Origin: a virus
Lineage: Duplodnaviria; Caudoviricetes
DNA length: 60,476 bases
Strand: one strand, 5' to 3'
Virus record (IMG/VR): IMGVR_UViG_3300021437_000022
Location: 1 to 60,476 of that record
Shown: positions 37,401-45,531 of the stretch, piece by piece
Layout of the letters: every line of letters begins with the position of its first letter
Position numbering within the stretch: position 1 is the stretch's first letter
The notes under the pieces: generated by a model
Databases searched by the model: none
What the model saw: the letters and a program-made list of their open reading frames with translations, nothing else
What the model was told of the DNA's origin: nothing
Translations under genes and position numbers: made by a program

Positions 37401-39047
37401 TGCGCCAGGGAGGCCGCCCATTACGGCCGCGTTGGCATATTCCCGCTGGGCTTCGTCACTGGTGATATCTTTCCCGGCAGCGCCACGCAAAGCCGCGGTC
37501 ATACCCACCATGCTCGCGGCGCCAGTGGCGGTCCCGGCTACGGCGCCAGTGGCGGTCCGGCCAAGCGTGGTGGCGCCGGGCATGGGAATCTTGCCTGCGA
37601 CGGCATTGACCCCTGTCGCGGCCATGATCTCGTGCATCTTGCCGGCGACTGTTCCCAGACCCCAGACGCGCAAGAGATCAACCCCATCCAATTCCCTGCC
37701 ATCTTTTTCCGCTTGCTCCGCCGCGCCGCCGTACGCCATGCCCAATGTTTGGCCGACGTTCAGGAGGTTACTTGCGGCAGTTTGACCCAGGTCTTTTCCG
37801 ACTGCTTTCACCGCGGCGGACCTGACCGCGTCATTGGCCATCCACGCGGAGACTTCGCGCTTGGCCAGTGCGTCAGGGATTCCGCTCGCGATCATCTTGG
37901 CTGACTTCTCCGCCGCCCATTCCGAGACTTTCTCTGCGATCGCCTTGTCGGCCATGCTGCGCACAAGCCCTTTGATTGCAGTCGGAGCCACGGCGCCAGA
38001 GACAGCGCCGCCCACGGTTCCTTCCGGGCCAACAGCCGAGCCTACAAGTCCACCCAGGAAAGTCGCCGCGGCTTGCTCCGTCATCATGCCGAGCGCCATC
38101 CCCACCGCGTCGCCGCCGAGATCGAGCAAGGACTGGTAGTCTCCTTTCTCGCGAACGTTGTGTAGCGCCGTCGTGATATCGGAATTGAATTGAGTGTGCT
38201 TCTGCTCTTCGGCTTGATGCGCTTGGTAGTAGCTCAATCCGGTGTCGGCAAGCCAACTTGCTGCGCCACCGGTGCCCACCACACGTTCGAGTGATTTTCC
38301 GAGCAAGCCCACCGCAGCCATGCCGAGCGCCGGCAAACCGGAGATGGTGTCGGAGTAGGAGCCGAGGAAGTGCTTTCCGGCGCCGTGGGATTGGTACTCC
38401 CGCATCTGCGCCGCGTAGTCAGGAACCTCGTCAGACGCGCCTTGCGTTGCGTCAGGAGTGTCTGGAGCTGTATCCGGAGTGTCGAAACCTAGCTCTGCGA
38501 AAGGGCTGCGCGCTCGCGGTGTAGTTGGCGCTTGAGCCGCAGGAGGTTGATCCACGGGCGCCGGAGCGGGGGCGTTCGACAAGGCGGAAGCCACAGCGCC
38601 ACTGATCTGTTCCGGGCTGTACGGCTGCTTTCCGTTTTCCTTCTTGACGATCGCGACGGTCAGCTTGGCCAGGGTTTGCGGATCGGTCAGGTCCAACGGG
38701 GTGTCGGGATTGACGCCGAGCGCGCGGGACACATCCGTGATGTAGGCGTCGGTCTTGTTCTCGTTGGGAGGCGCCCACTTGCTGATGATCGCCGCGGGAG
38801 TGTTGACCCCCTGGGCGTTGTAATTCAGAAGATTTTTCGAGATCGCACGCAGGCCATTCTCCGCCGAGTCGTACACCCCGAAGCGCCCACTATCTCCAAT
38901 CTCGCCGTTGAACTTGGTTCCCTTCCCCAGATTTCCAGGGTTGTTGTTTCGCACCCCGAGCGGCTCGGCGGCATTCACGGGAGCGGAAGGCGCGGGGCTG
39001 CTATCGGGAGAGTCGAATCCAAGCGCTTGCCAGGGATTGGTGGGCAT
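31437..39047 (-). CDS. Giant polyvalent internal virion/ejection protein (lysozyme-like, HExxH peptidase, ART-like, SAM-lyase-like, GNAT-like, LPD38-like domains)
   Basis: 2536 aa; RNNNPGN...W(A)PPNEN.T..Y N-terminus, GHELTH, C-terminal PFLNARIQG...IPKPFELG. Confidence 0.8.
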   Translation of the reverse strand: MPTNPWQALGFDSPDSSPAPSAPVNAAEPLGVRNNNPGNLGKGTKFNGEIGDSGRFGVYDSAENGLRAISKNLLNYNAQGVNTPAAIISKWAPPNENKTDAYITDVSRALGVNPDTPLDLTDPQTLAKLTVAIVKKENGKQPYSPEQISGAVASALSNAPAPAPVDQPPAAQAPTTPRARSPFAELGFDTPDTAPDTPDATQGASDEVPDYAAQMREYQSHGAGKHFLGSYSDTISGLPALGMAAVGLLGKSLERVVGTGGAASWLADTGLSYYQAHQAEEQKHTQFNSDITTALHNVREKGDYQSLLDLGGDAVGMALGMMTEQAAATFLGGLVGSAVGPEGTVGGAVSGAVAPTAIKGLVRSMADKAIAEKVSEWAAEKSAKMIASGIPDALAKREVSAWMANDAVRSAAVKAVGKDLGQTAASNLLNVGQTLGMAYGGAAEQAEKDGRELDGVDLLRVWGLGTVAGKMHEIMAATGVNAVAGKIPMPGATTLGRTATGAVAGTATGAASMVGMTAALRGAAGKDITSDEAQREYANAAVMGGLPGAGVGAIGGAVAGPRPATSAREVFDRVMSAPDIDTAISEALDSSQHPAATQPEVSADQHLGMLDQGIDAYKAPLQEAEVSADQRIADASANSVLGPLPSNPLTGSALRSIEQRGGVASPEEAAHLDTAMPGQRPYDSIDPNLAIPPRPDTQPKPMSGVGSRVADIKADIAEGTSPYAQKFLQDYRDQNGIGYLDGKMSDQEILNHAGKYETDNAKTPDQSPPLSPEVQGKHAMVPTEINPTVRLERANQIAEKNKTVDPIEAAARARQEEVAQAQKEAQDRLAEAAPPTSPGGIALRSTDRSDAAEGKSEEKPLSEESDERHPDTIEKVSPESLPKMGGPGESGMTQRGHRLVSAVARIFNKQVVLYRAPNGGREGGFVHPSAPGKIFLNVNARESHLAVVGHELTHLMAKESPKAFSALRAVIEKNLSEEDLAKFKKYYKLDAEDHIDELTNDLVGNHFMKPEFWHKVFTEISREHSGEARQIIAHLGRLLRDTIDRVLKVVGGKGFDSEKFVKNLREVSDAVHDAMVQYAKETRDPTVLSLEKPDLALTPFEQHKARNEKGAIMSPDRGGVSVTGTHYSTAKRTEIDTSKYGTGERDAAAGRIASSGDARLKKRAYFYVNEGKGVKPESGVGYHAHEAKLDNLYDTDADHLGLTGKGGNALEQGVLDNGYSGYYAPKAFGAHGAAVMLGDHKIPVEYKGMGGRPPREDISRAAPTPKVKPEHVQMSPDRGEPVVNIGLDVPGGGGLDAQHARDALAKFGVKIKAERIQRSNTEQTLVATLDKPLSDADMHQLSVDLKQEAIPQWDGKKGALHGPEKQKWDNGRFNPDYFIEPNGKTMSENDAAPTKAPSREQASENLGRDFKDMAKEIGDEAFQYPRLKGDKDLQKTANQTGLPIKVTEEENPINDQAWIMRMPDGKPVYVERKGKDVFADLASLESGKSRGTAAYQTISSWAHANGYIFEGDPKGISGAGMSRRTENMISSAIRHDSTDHLRLHPDQKADQDINWGVERTNHNLGEMLRASYNKTVKEVPEIADITATEHGDFVNGKGELFTDPDFAKLAGRDASRSGAGEVASGKAEDGRAGVSTLKRAAVVGTLLRRASSGDGAELRPRGESLTRALYSPEREVEETPKRHDVRDENGRFAPTGKAQLSADRQVFGDLNPAQEAAMRAVVGLKQDLTMKESIDKFKANLGLRIKQGLVDQFAAIKEVSQKGYMLARMSKGTDGTLEATLLYGAPEMNGDLPDVKIGKGGFVDALTPLQGEHQRALLWIAAKRAEQLKAQGKENLFTDTDITALKTLDQGNFADGTSRKQVYSEFESKLNDYNKAVLKIALDSGLIDQAAYDMYRDQPYVPFYRIADDDGLQGPKFSSGLMNQYAWKKLKGGTDQLNSDLLSNVLMNWGHMFDAAAKNRAARETMDAAENLGVAYKLPSAAKGSVAILRDGAREHFQVMDPHLLEAISAINYVNPEWAKPFSTFKHLLTFGATATPVFKIRNLIRDTLTTVGISDVDKNIVKNLAQGWKATAHDSQTRASMLASGGIIRFGAGRDGMTRYAEDMIEKTGGKLLDRKGWKEITGQVRELYDAYAELGDRSENINRAALYEQLLARGKTHAEASYMSRDLLDFTMSGRWPLVRFLVQSVPFLNARIQGLYKMGKFASENPQQAARFAAVAGAVSMASWGLMMAYKDDKDWKQRPDWDRDTYWWFKVGDTAIHIPKPFELGTIGTMAERSWEYAFDKEMTSSRFASRVSAAMFQTFSMDPTPQIVKPILDIYANKDSFTGRSIESTRDQQERPQDRYDEHTSMIARALGQMGLPNPAALAKGQYEGLSPKQIDFMIKGYLGSVGAMSVTALDYGLRPLSGQGSRPDMRLKDVFLAGDFVSTVPEQNSRYVDQFYQSAQKITQAYQSYHAAVTRGDVASARQIASESGDLIKAQPEEAKVAKELSAVNTMIRNVDSSMSLSGETKRAVLDKLYQQRNGIAERAKSLSTM

Positions 39048-39054
39048 CAGTTTC

Positions 39055-40341
39055 TCAGTCGTTGTATTTGGACAAGGATGCGCTCATGCCCGAGGGACCG
39101 GAAGGGTTAGCGGCCTTGTACGCCGCGATGGCTTCCTCTCGGGTCTTGAACAATCCGGGAAGTCCGGTGACCCTGAAATACTGGCCGCCTCGAACTTGCG
39201 ACACCATATCATCGAAAGGGGTTGAAGGCTTGCTTTGCGCCGCGGCTACAAGACCCGTGGCCGGAGCGCTCGCTGCCGCAGGGGCAGGCGCTGCGGTTTC
39301 TTTCGGCGCAGGTGTTGGCGCTGGGGCGGCCTTCGCCGGCGCAGCCGTCGAGGCAGATGCGGTGGGCGCCGAATCACTGCCTGTGAAAGACGCCAAACCC
39401 TTGTCTCGCGCGGCAAGGAAGATCGTGCGGCGCACGGCGTCAGCATCCCCGGTCAACTGATCCGGAGGAATCTGGAGCCCACCCTTGGTCTGGTAGGCGA
39501 TATTCTTCGACAACAGCGCGGCCAACTTGGCGTCTACCGTTTTCCCTTGAAGCAGGGGCCCATTCTTGTCTGTCGTGGAAGCCGTCACCGCGGCATCTGC
39601 CAGTTGGTTGATCCGTGTGTAGGCCGGCATGGCTTGAGACAAAAGCGTGCTGGGCGAGACCGGCTCCGGGCTATCTCCCGAGAGTTTGGTCTGGGCAATC
39701 TTCAGTGCCATCATCTTTACGTTGCGAGCGGCGTCCTTGTCCACCGTGCCCCCGATAGGATCAAGAGGGTCCGCGGCATAGGCGGGCAAGTTCACGGGTT
39801 TGATCAAGTCTTTCGCCACGGAGTCGTAGCCTTGCTCCAGCTTTGTGAGCTGGATCGACTTTTGCTCCGGGGTCATCTCTTTCGAGCCGGCCTTGTTGCG
39901 AGACTCCGCACGCAATACCGAGCTGCCCCAATCCTCAATCCGCTGGCCCGTTGACATATCGCCAGCTTCTTGGCCATACCCGATGTTGTGGATGCTGCTC
40001 TTTGCGGCGTCGTAGTGAGCATTCGCAAGGGGGATTTCCCCTTGAGACAAGGCGTAGTCCCCGCGCTGACGCGCTTGGGCGAATCCCGGCGTTGAAGGGT
40101 CTACCGGCGCCGCGGCGTTAACTGCCATGAGACGCTGACGTTCCATCTGAGCGGCTTCGACATTTGCGGCGTGCGTGTTCTCTTCGATTCGCTTTTGCTT
40201 CTCAACATCGAGGTCAGCCATGGTCTTCGCAAGCTTTTGCTTGTTCTCCACGTCCATATCTTTTTCAGCGATATCAGAGAGCGCTTCCGATGCGCCTCCG
40301 ATACCACCTGCTACCGCACGGCCGATCAATCCCCAATCCAT
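39055..40341 (-). CDS. Putative internal virion (ejection) protein
   Basis: Gly-rich amphipathic N-terminus plus coiled coil; upstream of giant protein. Confidence 0.65.
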   Translation of the reverse strand: MDWGLIGRAVAGGIGGASEALSDIAEKDMDVENKQKLAKTMADLDVEKQKRIEENTHAANVEAAQMERQRLMAVNAAAPVDPSTPGFAQARQRGDYALSQGEIPLANAHYDAAKSSIHNIGYGQEAGDMSTGQRIEDWGSSVLRAESRNKAGSKEMTPEQKSIQLTKLEQGYDSVAKDLIKPVNLPAYAADPLDPIGGTVDKDAARNVKMMALKIAQTKLSGDSPEPVSPSTLLSQAMPAYTRINQLADAAVTASTTDKNGPLLQGKTVDAKLAALLSKNIAYQTKGGLQIPPDQLTGDADAVRRTIFLAARDKGLASFTGSDSAPTASASTAAPAKAAPAPTPAPKETAAPAPAAASAPATGLVAAAQSKPSTPFDDMVSQVRGGQYFRVTGLPGLFKTREEAIAAYKAANPSGPSGMSASLSKYND

Positions 40342-40343
40342 GA

Positions 40344-40820
40344 TTACGCTCCTGCTGGAGCGGCCTGGGGCGCCGCGCCTTGTTGGTCGATATGCGACAT
40401 CATTTTGTCAGGGTCGATGTGGAATTTCTGCAAAATGAGACCAAGCATCATCTGCGTGGCTTGGCCTTCGTCTTGGGGCGAGATCGGACGCACGCCCGTT
40501 TTCTTGATGTAGTCGATCGCCTGGGCCACAAGGTACATGCCGGCAGGAACGAGCACTGAGGGCGGCAGCGTCTGGTTGCTTTCCTTGAAGATGTAGAGCA
40601 CCACATCTGCGATGCCTTTCCCGACAAGCGGCCCCAAGGGGCCGGGCTTCTTCAGGTAGTCAGCGACCATCTGGTGCGTGGAAGCGTCGAACATCAGCTT
40701 CATTCCCGCTGCGCAGGTTTTCACGTAGGGCGCGTGCAGCTTGGGCGGCACCTTGAAGTGTTGCTGCAGTGCTTCCGGGGTGAGTTGGCCACCGCCGGCT
40801 TGTCGAATGATTCCGCTCAT
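40344..40820 (-). CDS. Hypothetical virion-module protein
   Basis: 158-aa ORF tightly packed in late operon. Confidence 0.7.
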   Translation of the reverse strand: MSGIIRQAGGGQLTPEALQQHFKVPPKLHAPYVKTCAAGMKLMFDASTHQMVADYLKKPGPLGPLVGKGIADVVLYIFKESNQTLPPSVLVPAGMYLVAQAIDYIKKTGVRPISPQDEGQATQMMLGLILQKFHIDPDKMMSHIDQQGAAPQAAPAGA

Positions 40821-40829
40821 GATGATCCT

Positions 40830-41996
40830 TTAGCCTTGTGCACCGGCAATGATGCCGGGAGGAGGAGTGTTCGGGCGCCATGCACCCATCTGCAAAGCGT
40901 TCGGGTTCGGCACGAACCGGGTCGGGTCGAATGTCGGGCCGCCATAAGGGTTCGAGTTGGGATCGAATCCGATGTGTGAACCTGCGGCGCCTTGCACGCT
41001 CTTGTTGTAGTTCGCCACGCGTTGCTTTTCGTAGTTGAACTTGTCGCGCTGGAGCTGGGCTTCCATCAGCGCAGCGCGATCCTTGCCACTCGGGGCGAGC
41101 TGTTGCATGGCTGCGGAACCAAACTTTCCGGCGACATCGATCACCGCTTTATTCTTGTCGATCCAACCACTGGGGTTATCGACAAGGCCTTTCCAGAAAG
41201 AATCCTTGGCAACGGTCGGCCCATCTTGCACTCCAGGGATCGACGGCGAGGGACTATACGTTGTGGTTCCCGATCCTGAGCCAGTGGAGGTATTGGCGCC
41301 ACCGGACGTGTCATTCGGCGTGAACGAGTCAGAGGAAGACGCCGGGGCAGAAGACGCATTCTGAATCAGACCGCCACTATCGCCTGCCGGAGCACCGGTG
41401 AAATCAATACCAGGAGGAGTTACGGCCGAAGGGTCTGCGAATGAAGTCGTGCCAGCGCCAGAACCGGTCATCACATTCGGTCCGGCAATCGCTCCGCCAC
41501 CCGCCGGCGCGGCGTCAGCCACACCAGATACGCCTTGCTGGGCAGCCAAGTTGGCATTGACAGACTGGGCTGCGGCGGGGTCTACCGCGGCATTCACGCC
41601 GGTATTCAAATCGCTGATCGCGGTATTCCCGGCTTGCTCCCCAAGGGCGGTAGTCGCAGGAGCGGCGGCAATCTCGGAACTGGCCGCAACCGTAGCGCCG
41701 CCTTCTTGCGTAGCGAGCGTTGTCGAGGCAGAGGCGAGGTTGGAGGCAAGAGAAGCAACACCGCCGGCCATCCCCAGGTAGCCCCCAATTCGTTCGAGCG
41801 ACTTGTTTTGCGTCAGGCCCCCGACGATGCTCAACGCGCCCGCTGCGTACATCACGCCGGTGATAATCGCAGAGCCCATCTCTGCGGCAGAAGCGATCTC
41901 CATTACCCCGACAGCAATCGTGATCGGGTCTGCAAAGGCAGAGGAGCAAGTCAACAGAGCCGCGAGGCCCAAGAGAATTTTTCCAAAGCGGTTCAT
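40830..41996 (-). CDS. Putative DNA pilot/ejection protein with signal-peptide-like N-terminus
   Basis: MNRFGKILLGLAALLTCSSAFA|DPIT; G/A-rich hydrophobic helices then low-complexity region. Confidence 0.65.
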   Translation of the reverse strand: MNRFGKILLGLAALLTCSSAFADPITIAVGVMEIASAAEMGSAIITGVMYAAGALSIVGGLTQNKSLERIGGYLGMAGGVASLASNLASASTTLATQEGGATVAASSEIAAAPATTALGEQAGNTAISDLNTGVNAAVDPAAAQSVNANLAAQQGVSGVADAAPAGGGAIAGPNVMTGSGAGTTSFADPSAVTPPGIDFTGAPAGDSGGLIQNASSAPASSSDSFTPNDTSGGANTSTGSGSGTTTYSPSPSIPGVQDGPTVAKDSFWKGLVDNPSGWIDKNKAVIDVAGKFGSAAMQQLAPSGKDRAALMEAQLQRDKFNYEKQRVANYNKSVQGAAGSHIGFDPNSNPYGGPTFDPTRFVPNPNALQMGAWRPNTPPPGIIAGAQG

Positions 41997-42367
41997 TTTT
42001 TCTTCCTTGTGATCCAGGGCGGCAACTCCGCCATCAAGTAGTAGTTGAAGGTCGTGTCCGACCATGTGTTCTCAAACCCGATTCGACGGACAAACTCGTT
42101 GTTCTCATTGCCGAGCAAAATGCGCGTGGTGAGATAAGGGAAATGCGAAAGCAATGGCGTGAAAAACTCGCGCGCAATTCGACGCGTGATCACCTTGTGC
42201 CTGAAAGACGGCAACACGGCGAAGTGAATCTCTGTTCCCAACATGAACCCACATGCGGCCAACTCTCCGTCGATGTGGATCGGGTATGGCGACCACCGTT
42301 GCAGCTCGTCGGCCACCGGCTGCGAAATGGTCCCGCTGGCCAAGAAGGGCGCGATGAGCGGCGACAT
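41993..42367 (-). CDS. GNAT-like protein of podovirus virion module
   Basis: EIHFAV.P.FR...N...FVRRIGF; position among ejection genes. Confidence 0.65.
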   Translation of the reverse strand: MSPLIAPFLASGTISQPVADELQRWSPYPIHIDGELAACGFMLGTEIHFAVLPSFRHKVITRRIAREFFTPLLSHFPYLTTRILLGNENNEFVRRIGFENTWSDTTFNYYLMAELPPWITRKKK

Positions 42368-42368
42368 G

Positions 42369-43667
42369 TTAGAAATAACCCTTCGTGCGGATCGGTCCGC
42401 CCGAGTAGGTCACCTTTGTCGTCGGGTTGAACCACTGGCCATTCTTGGCCTGCATGTATCCTGCCGAAGTCAAATCTGCACCGGAGGCGTAATAGTTTGC
42501 GGCAGTAGGGTCTGTCGCTTGCGCATCGGGCGGAGCGCCAGTGGCAGGACTGCCGCTGCCTCCCGGCGGAGGAGGCGCGCCTCCAGGCGTTGTTCCCCCG
42601 CCATTATTCGCCGTGTCGATCGTGCCGCCCGTGCCTGTAATGCCTGCCAGATCGAGGTTGCTGATCTTGCCGATGTAGCCAAGAGACGCTTGCAAGTTGT
42701 CGGTCAACTGCTTGATGTAGGCCGTCTTCGACGTGGCGTCCAAGTCCTTGTCGTTCATGATTGCGGACATCTGTTGCAGTGCCTGACTGTAGAGCTGCGC
42801 GCCGGAGCTGTTCGCCTGCATCAGCACTTGATAGTTGGCTTGGATATTGGCGAGGTTGGTCTTGGTATCGCTGTCGAGTTTCGAGAGCTGCAGCTTTGTG
42901 GCGGCGTCGGCATTCTGCATGGCGGCCTTGAGGCCTGCATCGTATTGTTGCATCGACGCTTGGTTCTTCGCCTGGGCGTTCTGTTGATTCGTCGATAGAT
43001 CGCCGGCGTACTGCTGCGCCTTCGATTGGTTGGACGCCGATGCATCCTGCATGTTGCCTTGCGTGTCTGCTGAAAACTTCGCACCGATCTTCTGGTTCTC
43101 TGCCGCAGCGTTGAACTGGCCCGCGCTGGCATTGGTCGAAGCATCTTGTTGAGCAATCGGCAGGGCGCTCTGAATCACGGCCGCTTGTCCGGCCTGTTCA
43201 GCCATGCTGCTGTTCACCAAGCCACGGCCATTCATTGCCTCTAGCGCTTTCGTTTGCGCCTGTTGCATCAAGGGGCTGTTGCTCGCGATGATGCCTTGCA
43301 AGTTGTTCGCTACCGACGACTTGTCATCCACATTCCATTTGGCCACGTCGCCATAGTTCGCTTGCTTGACGTTGGTCGTTGGTTGCGCTGTCGGCGCCTT
43401 GGCGTCCGTCGTCGGCGCGGCAGATGACCCAGCATCGACATTCCCTGCGGGAAGTGCGTAGGGATTCTTGGGGTCCGGCGTAGTCGTGGTATTGGTGGGA
43501 GTCGTGGTGGCGGTTGCCTGGGGCTCTTTATACGTTGCACTGCCGCCAGGATATACCGGCGTCGTTTGTGCCACCCCGGTTGTCTGGACAGGGTCTGCCG
43601 GAGGGGGCGGAGTCTGGCCCGTCAAATTGTTTGCGGCAGTGCCGATGATCCCTGCAGGAGTTGCCAT
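42369..43667 (-). CDS. Putative internal virion (ejection) protein
   Basis: Q/N/A-rich; SPLMQQA...MN.RGL.NSSM...ALPIAQQDA. Confidence 0.7.
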   Translation of the reverse strand: MATPAGIIGTAANNLTGQTPPPPADPVQTTGVAQTTPVYPGGSATYKEPQATATTTPTNTTTTPDPKNPYALPAGNVDAGSSAAPTTDAKAPTAQPTTNVKQANYGDVAKWNVDDKSSVANNLQGIIASNSPLMQQAQTKALEAMNGRGLVNSSMAEQAGQAAVIQSALPIAQQDASTNASAGQFNAAAENQKIGAKFSADTQGNMQDASASNQSKAQQYAGDLSTNQQNAQAKNQASMQQYDAGLKAAMQNADAATKLQLSKLDSDTKTNLANIQANYQVLMQANSSGAQLYSQALQQMSAIMNDKDLDATSKTAYIKQLTDNLQASLGYIGKISNLDLAGITGTGGTIDTANNGGGTTPGGAPPPPGGSGSPATGAPPDAQATDPTAANYYASGADLTSAGYMQAKNGQWFNPTTKVTYSGGPIRTKGYF

Positions 43668-43670
43668 TGC

Positions 43671-44225
43671 TTATCCTCGATTATCCGTCTTGATAGAGGG
43701 GTCCGCTTGCATCTTCCCTCGGAACCACGACGCGATTCCCAGGATCGGAAGCACTGTCGTGTTGATCGCGGCCAAAGCGCCAAGCGCTACAGGAAGCTGG
43801 GTCACGGCAATAGCCGCTTGTGGACTGCCGCCAATGGTCGCCCCGAAAACACCCAGCACAAGGATTGACGCCGCGAAGGTATTGAATCCCACACACAAGC
43901 CGATAAAAGGTCTCCACGAGTAGGTTGCCCAATGGTCCCCCTTGTCTTCCGCGCGCATGGTTTCGTTGATATCGCTGGCATTTTGCACCGCGAATTTTTC
44001 AAACTCGATCTCCTGGTCCAGCACCGCTTGGCGGTACTTGAGCACAAGATTGGGGTCTGCCTGCAAGGCCTTCAGTGCGGCGTCACCTGACGGTGCGCCT
44101 GTCACTGCCTGCGCAATATCTACCGCTTTTTGCGCCACCGCCGAAGCCTTGTCGCTTCCGGTGATCCACTTGGTGATCTGGGGAACGAACTGCGCCAAGC
44201 CCATTGCAATCGTGATCGGGTCCAT
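43671..44225 (-). CDS. Holin (3TM/GTA-type)
   Basis: Coiled coil, WRPFIG, two to three TM segments, LGI..WFRG..Q. Confidence 0.7.
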   Translation of the reverse strand: MDPITIAMGLAQFVPQITKWITGSDKASAVAQKAVDIAQAVTGAPSGDAALKALQADPNLVLKYRQAVLDQEIEFEKFAVQNASDINETMRAEDKGDHWATYSWRPFIGLCVGFNTFAASILVLGVFGATIGGSPQAAIAVTQLPVALGALAAINTTVLPILGIASWFRGKMQADPSIKTDNRG

Positions 44226-44240
44226 GACGTAGTCTCCAGA

Positions 44241-44265
44241 TAAAGAAAAAGCCGCAAGTGCGGCT
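44241..44265 (-). terminator. Intrinsic terminator upstream of holin
   Basis: AGCCGC-ACTT-GCGGCT followed by TTTTCTTT on minus strand. Confidence 0.6.
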
Positions 44266-44290
44266 GATGACAGGCGGAATATCCCGTGGG

Positions 44291-44464
44291 CTATTGTAGG
44301 GGCTTCGACTGGATAATGCCAGATTTCAAGAGTTGATCTCGACCATGTTCCAAACCCTCGGACGAATCGCTCAACTGTTGAGGCTTTGAAACACGGGAAA
44401 GTTGATCAATCAATCGCAGGCATTCTTCTGTCATCTGTTTGCGGCGATCGAAGTGAGCGGTCAT
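44291..44464 (-). CDS. Small hypothetical protein
   Basis: MTAHFDRRKQ..., ATGA overlap. Confidence 0.5.
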   Translation of the reverse strand: MTAHFDRRKQMTEECLRLIDQLSRVSKPQQLSDSSEGLEHGRDQLLKSGIIQSKPLQ

Positions 44465-44943
44465 GTCTTGCGGTTGAAGCGAATCGAGAAGGATGGAATC
44501 GCGATCAAATCCGTCGGTGTCCGTAAAGGATTGGCTCGGTAGACTTTCCAACCCACGGTTCCGCGGAAAATGCTCCAGGTCCAATCCTTGCGCCACAGGG
44601 TGTCTTGGTAGGTGGTCGTCGGGACAGCGAACACCTTGGCCAGGGTGAAGGCGCGATTGCGCCAAAGCCAAGTCACGGCGCAACAATACCACCCGAACCT
44701 GTCGTAGGTGTCACGCACCGCAGGCTCATAGAAACCTCCTGGGAGGCGCTCGTCAAACGTCTCCAACCACTTGAAGCACCAAGGAAGATTGGCGCGCTGA
44801 ACCGCGGGGCCTATGCCATATGAGTCGGTGGAAAGGGTGGAATCCTTGGCGGCAAACAAGACGGCAATCGGGGCTAAAGGAAGCGCGCTCCAACCAATGA
44901 TTTCGAGGAGAATCGCCGTGCAAATATCGAGTAGCTTGCTCAT
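44461..44943 (-). CDS. Membrane-anchored Trp-rich phage protein
   Basis: N-terminal TM; LPW.F.WL.T.D...WLWRN. Confidence 0.65.
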   Translation of the reverse strand: MSKLLDICTAILLEIIGWSALPLAPIAVLFAAKDSTLSTDSYGIGPAVQRANLPWCFKWLETFDERLPGGFYEPAVRDTYDRFGWYCCAVTWLWRNRAFTLAKVFAVPTTTYQDTLWRKDWTWSIFRGTVGWKVYRANPLRTPTDLIAIPSFSIRFNRKT

Positions 44944-44952
44944 GAGAATCCT

Positions 44953-45531
44953 TTATGTGTAGGCGAAGGTGATGCGTCCGGTTGATCCGTTGCCCGCATT
45001 GCCGCCATAGTTTGCGGCGCCGCCGCCGCCCGGAGCCGTACCTGCCGCGCCCGACAAGGTTGCGTCTGCTCCGCCATTCGGTGCGCCTTTACCTGTAACG
45101 ACGCCTCCACCGGGAGAGCTATTACCCGCCGTGTTCGTATCTCCGCCTGTGGCTGCGCCACCTGTGGCTGCCGTACCTGCTACCAACCCGGCGCCACCAC
45201 CCCCTGCAGAAAGTGCAGGGGTTGTAATCGTCGAAGCAACCCCGGCTGTGCCGTTGCCATCCGAAGTAATCCGCCCCGTACCACCATTCCCGACAGCGTA
45301 TGCAAACGTGCTGCCGCCAGATGTAGCTTGCGTTTTCTGCACGTAACCACCCGACGCACCACCTGATCCGATCGAGCTTAAGACGTCTCGTGAGCCTCCA
45401 CCGCCACCGCCCCACAACGTGATGACAACTTGCGACGCGCCGGCAGGTACGGTCTCCGTGCCGGACCCCGTGTTGTAAGTATTGGTGATGGGCGTGAAAC
45501 TGCTCGTCATCATGCGGGCAGCGAAGCTCAT
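44953..45531 (-). CDS. Glycine-rich tail-tip/adhesin-like protein
   Basis: VPAGASQV.ITLWGGGGGG...PGGGG glycine-rich domain. Confidence 0.75.
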   Translation of the reverse strand: MSFAARMMTSSFTPITNTYNTGSGTETVPAGASQVVITLWGGGGGGSRDVLSSIGSGGASGGYVQKTQATSGGSTFAYAVGNGGTGRITSDGNGTAGVASTITTPALSAGGGGAGLVAGTAATGGAATGGDTNTAGNSSPGGGVVTGKGAPNGGADATLSGAAGTAPGGGGAANYGGNAGNGSTGRITFAYT

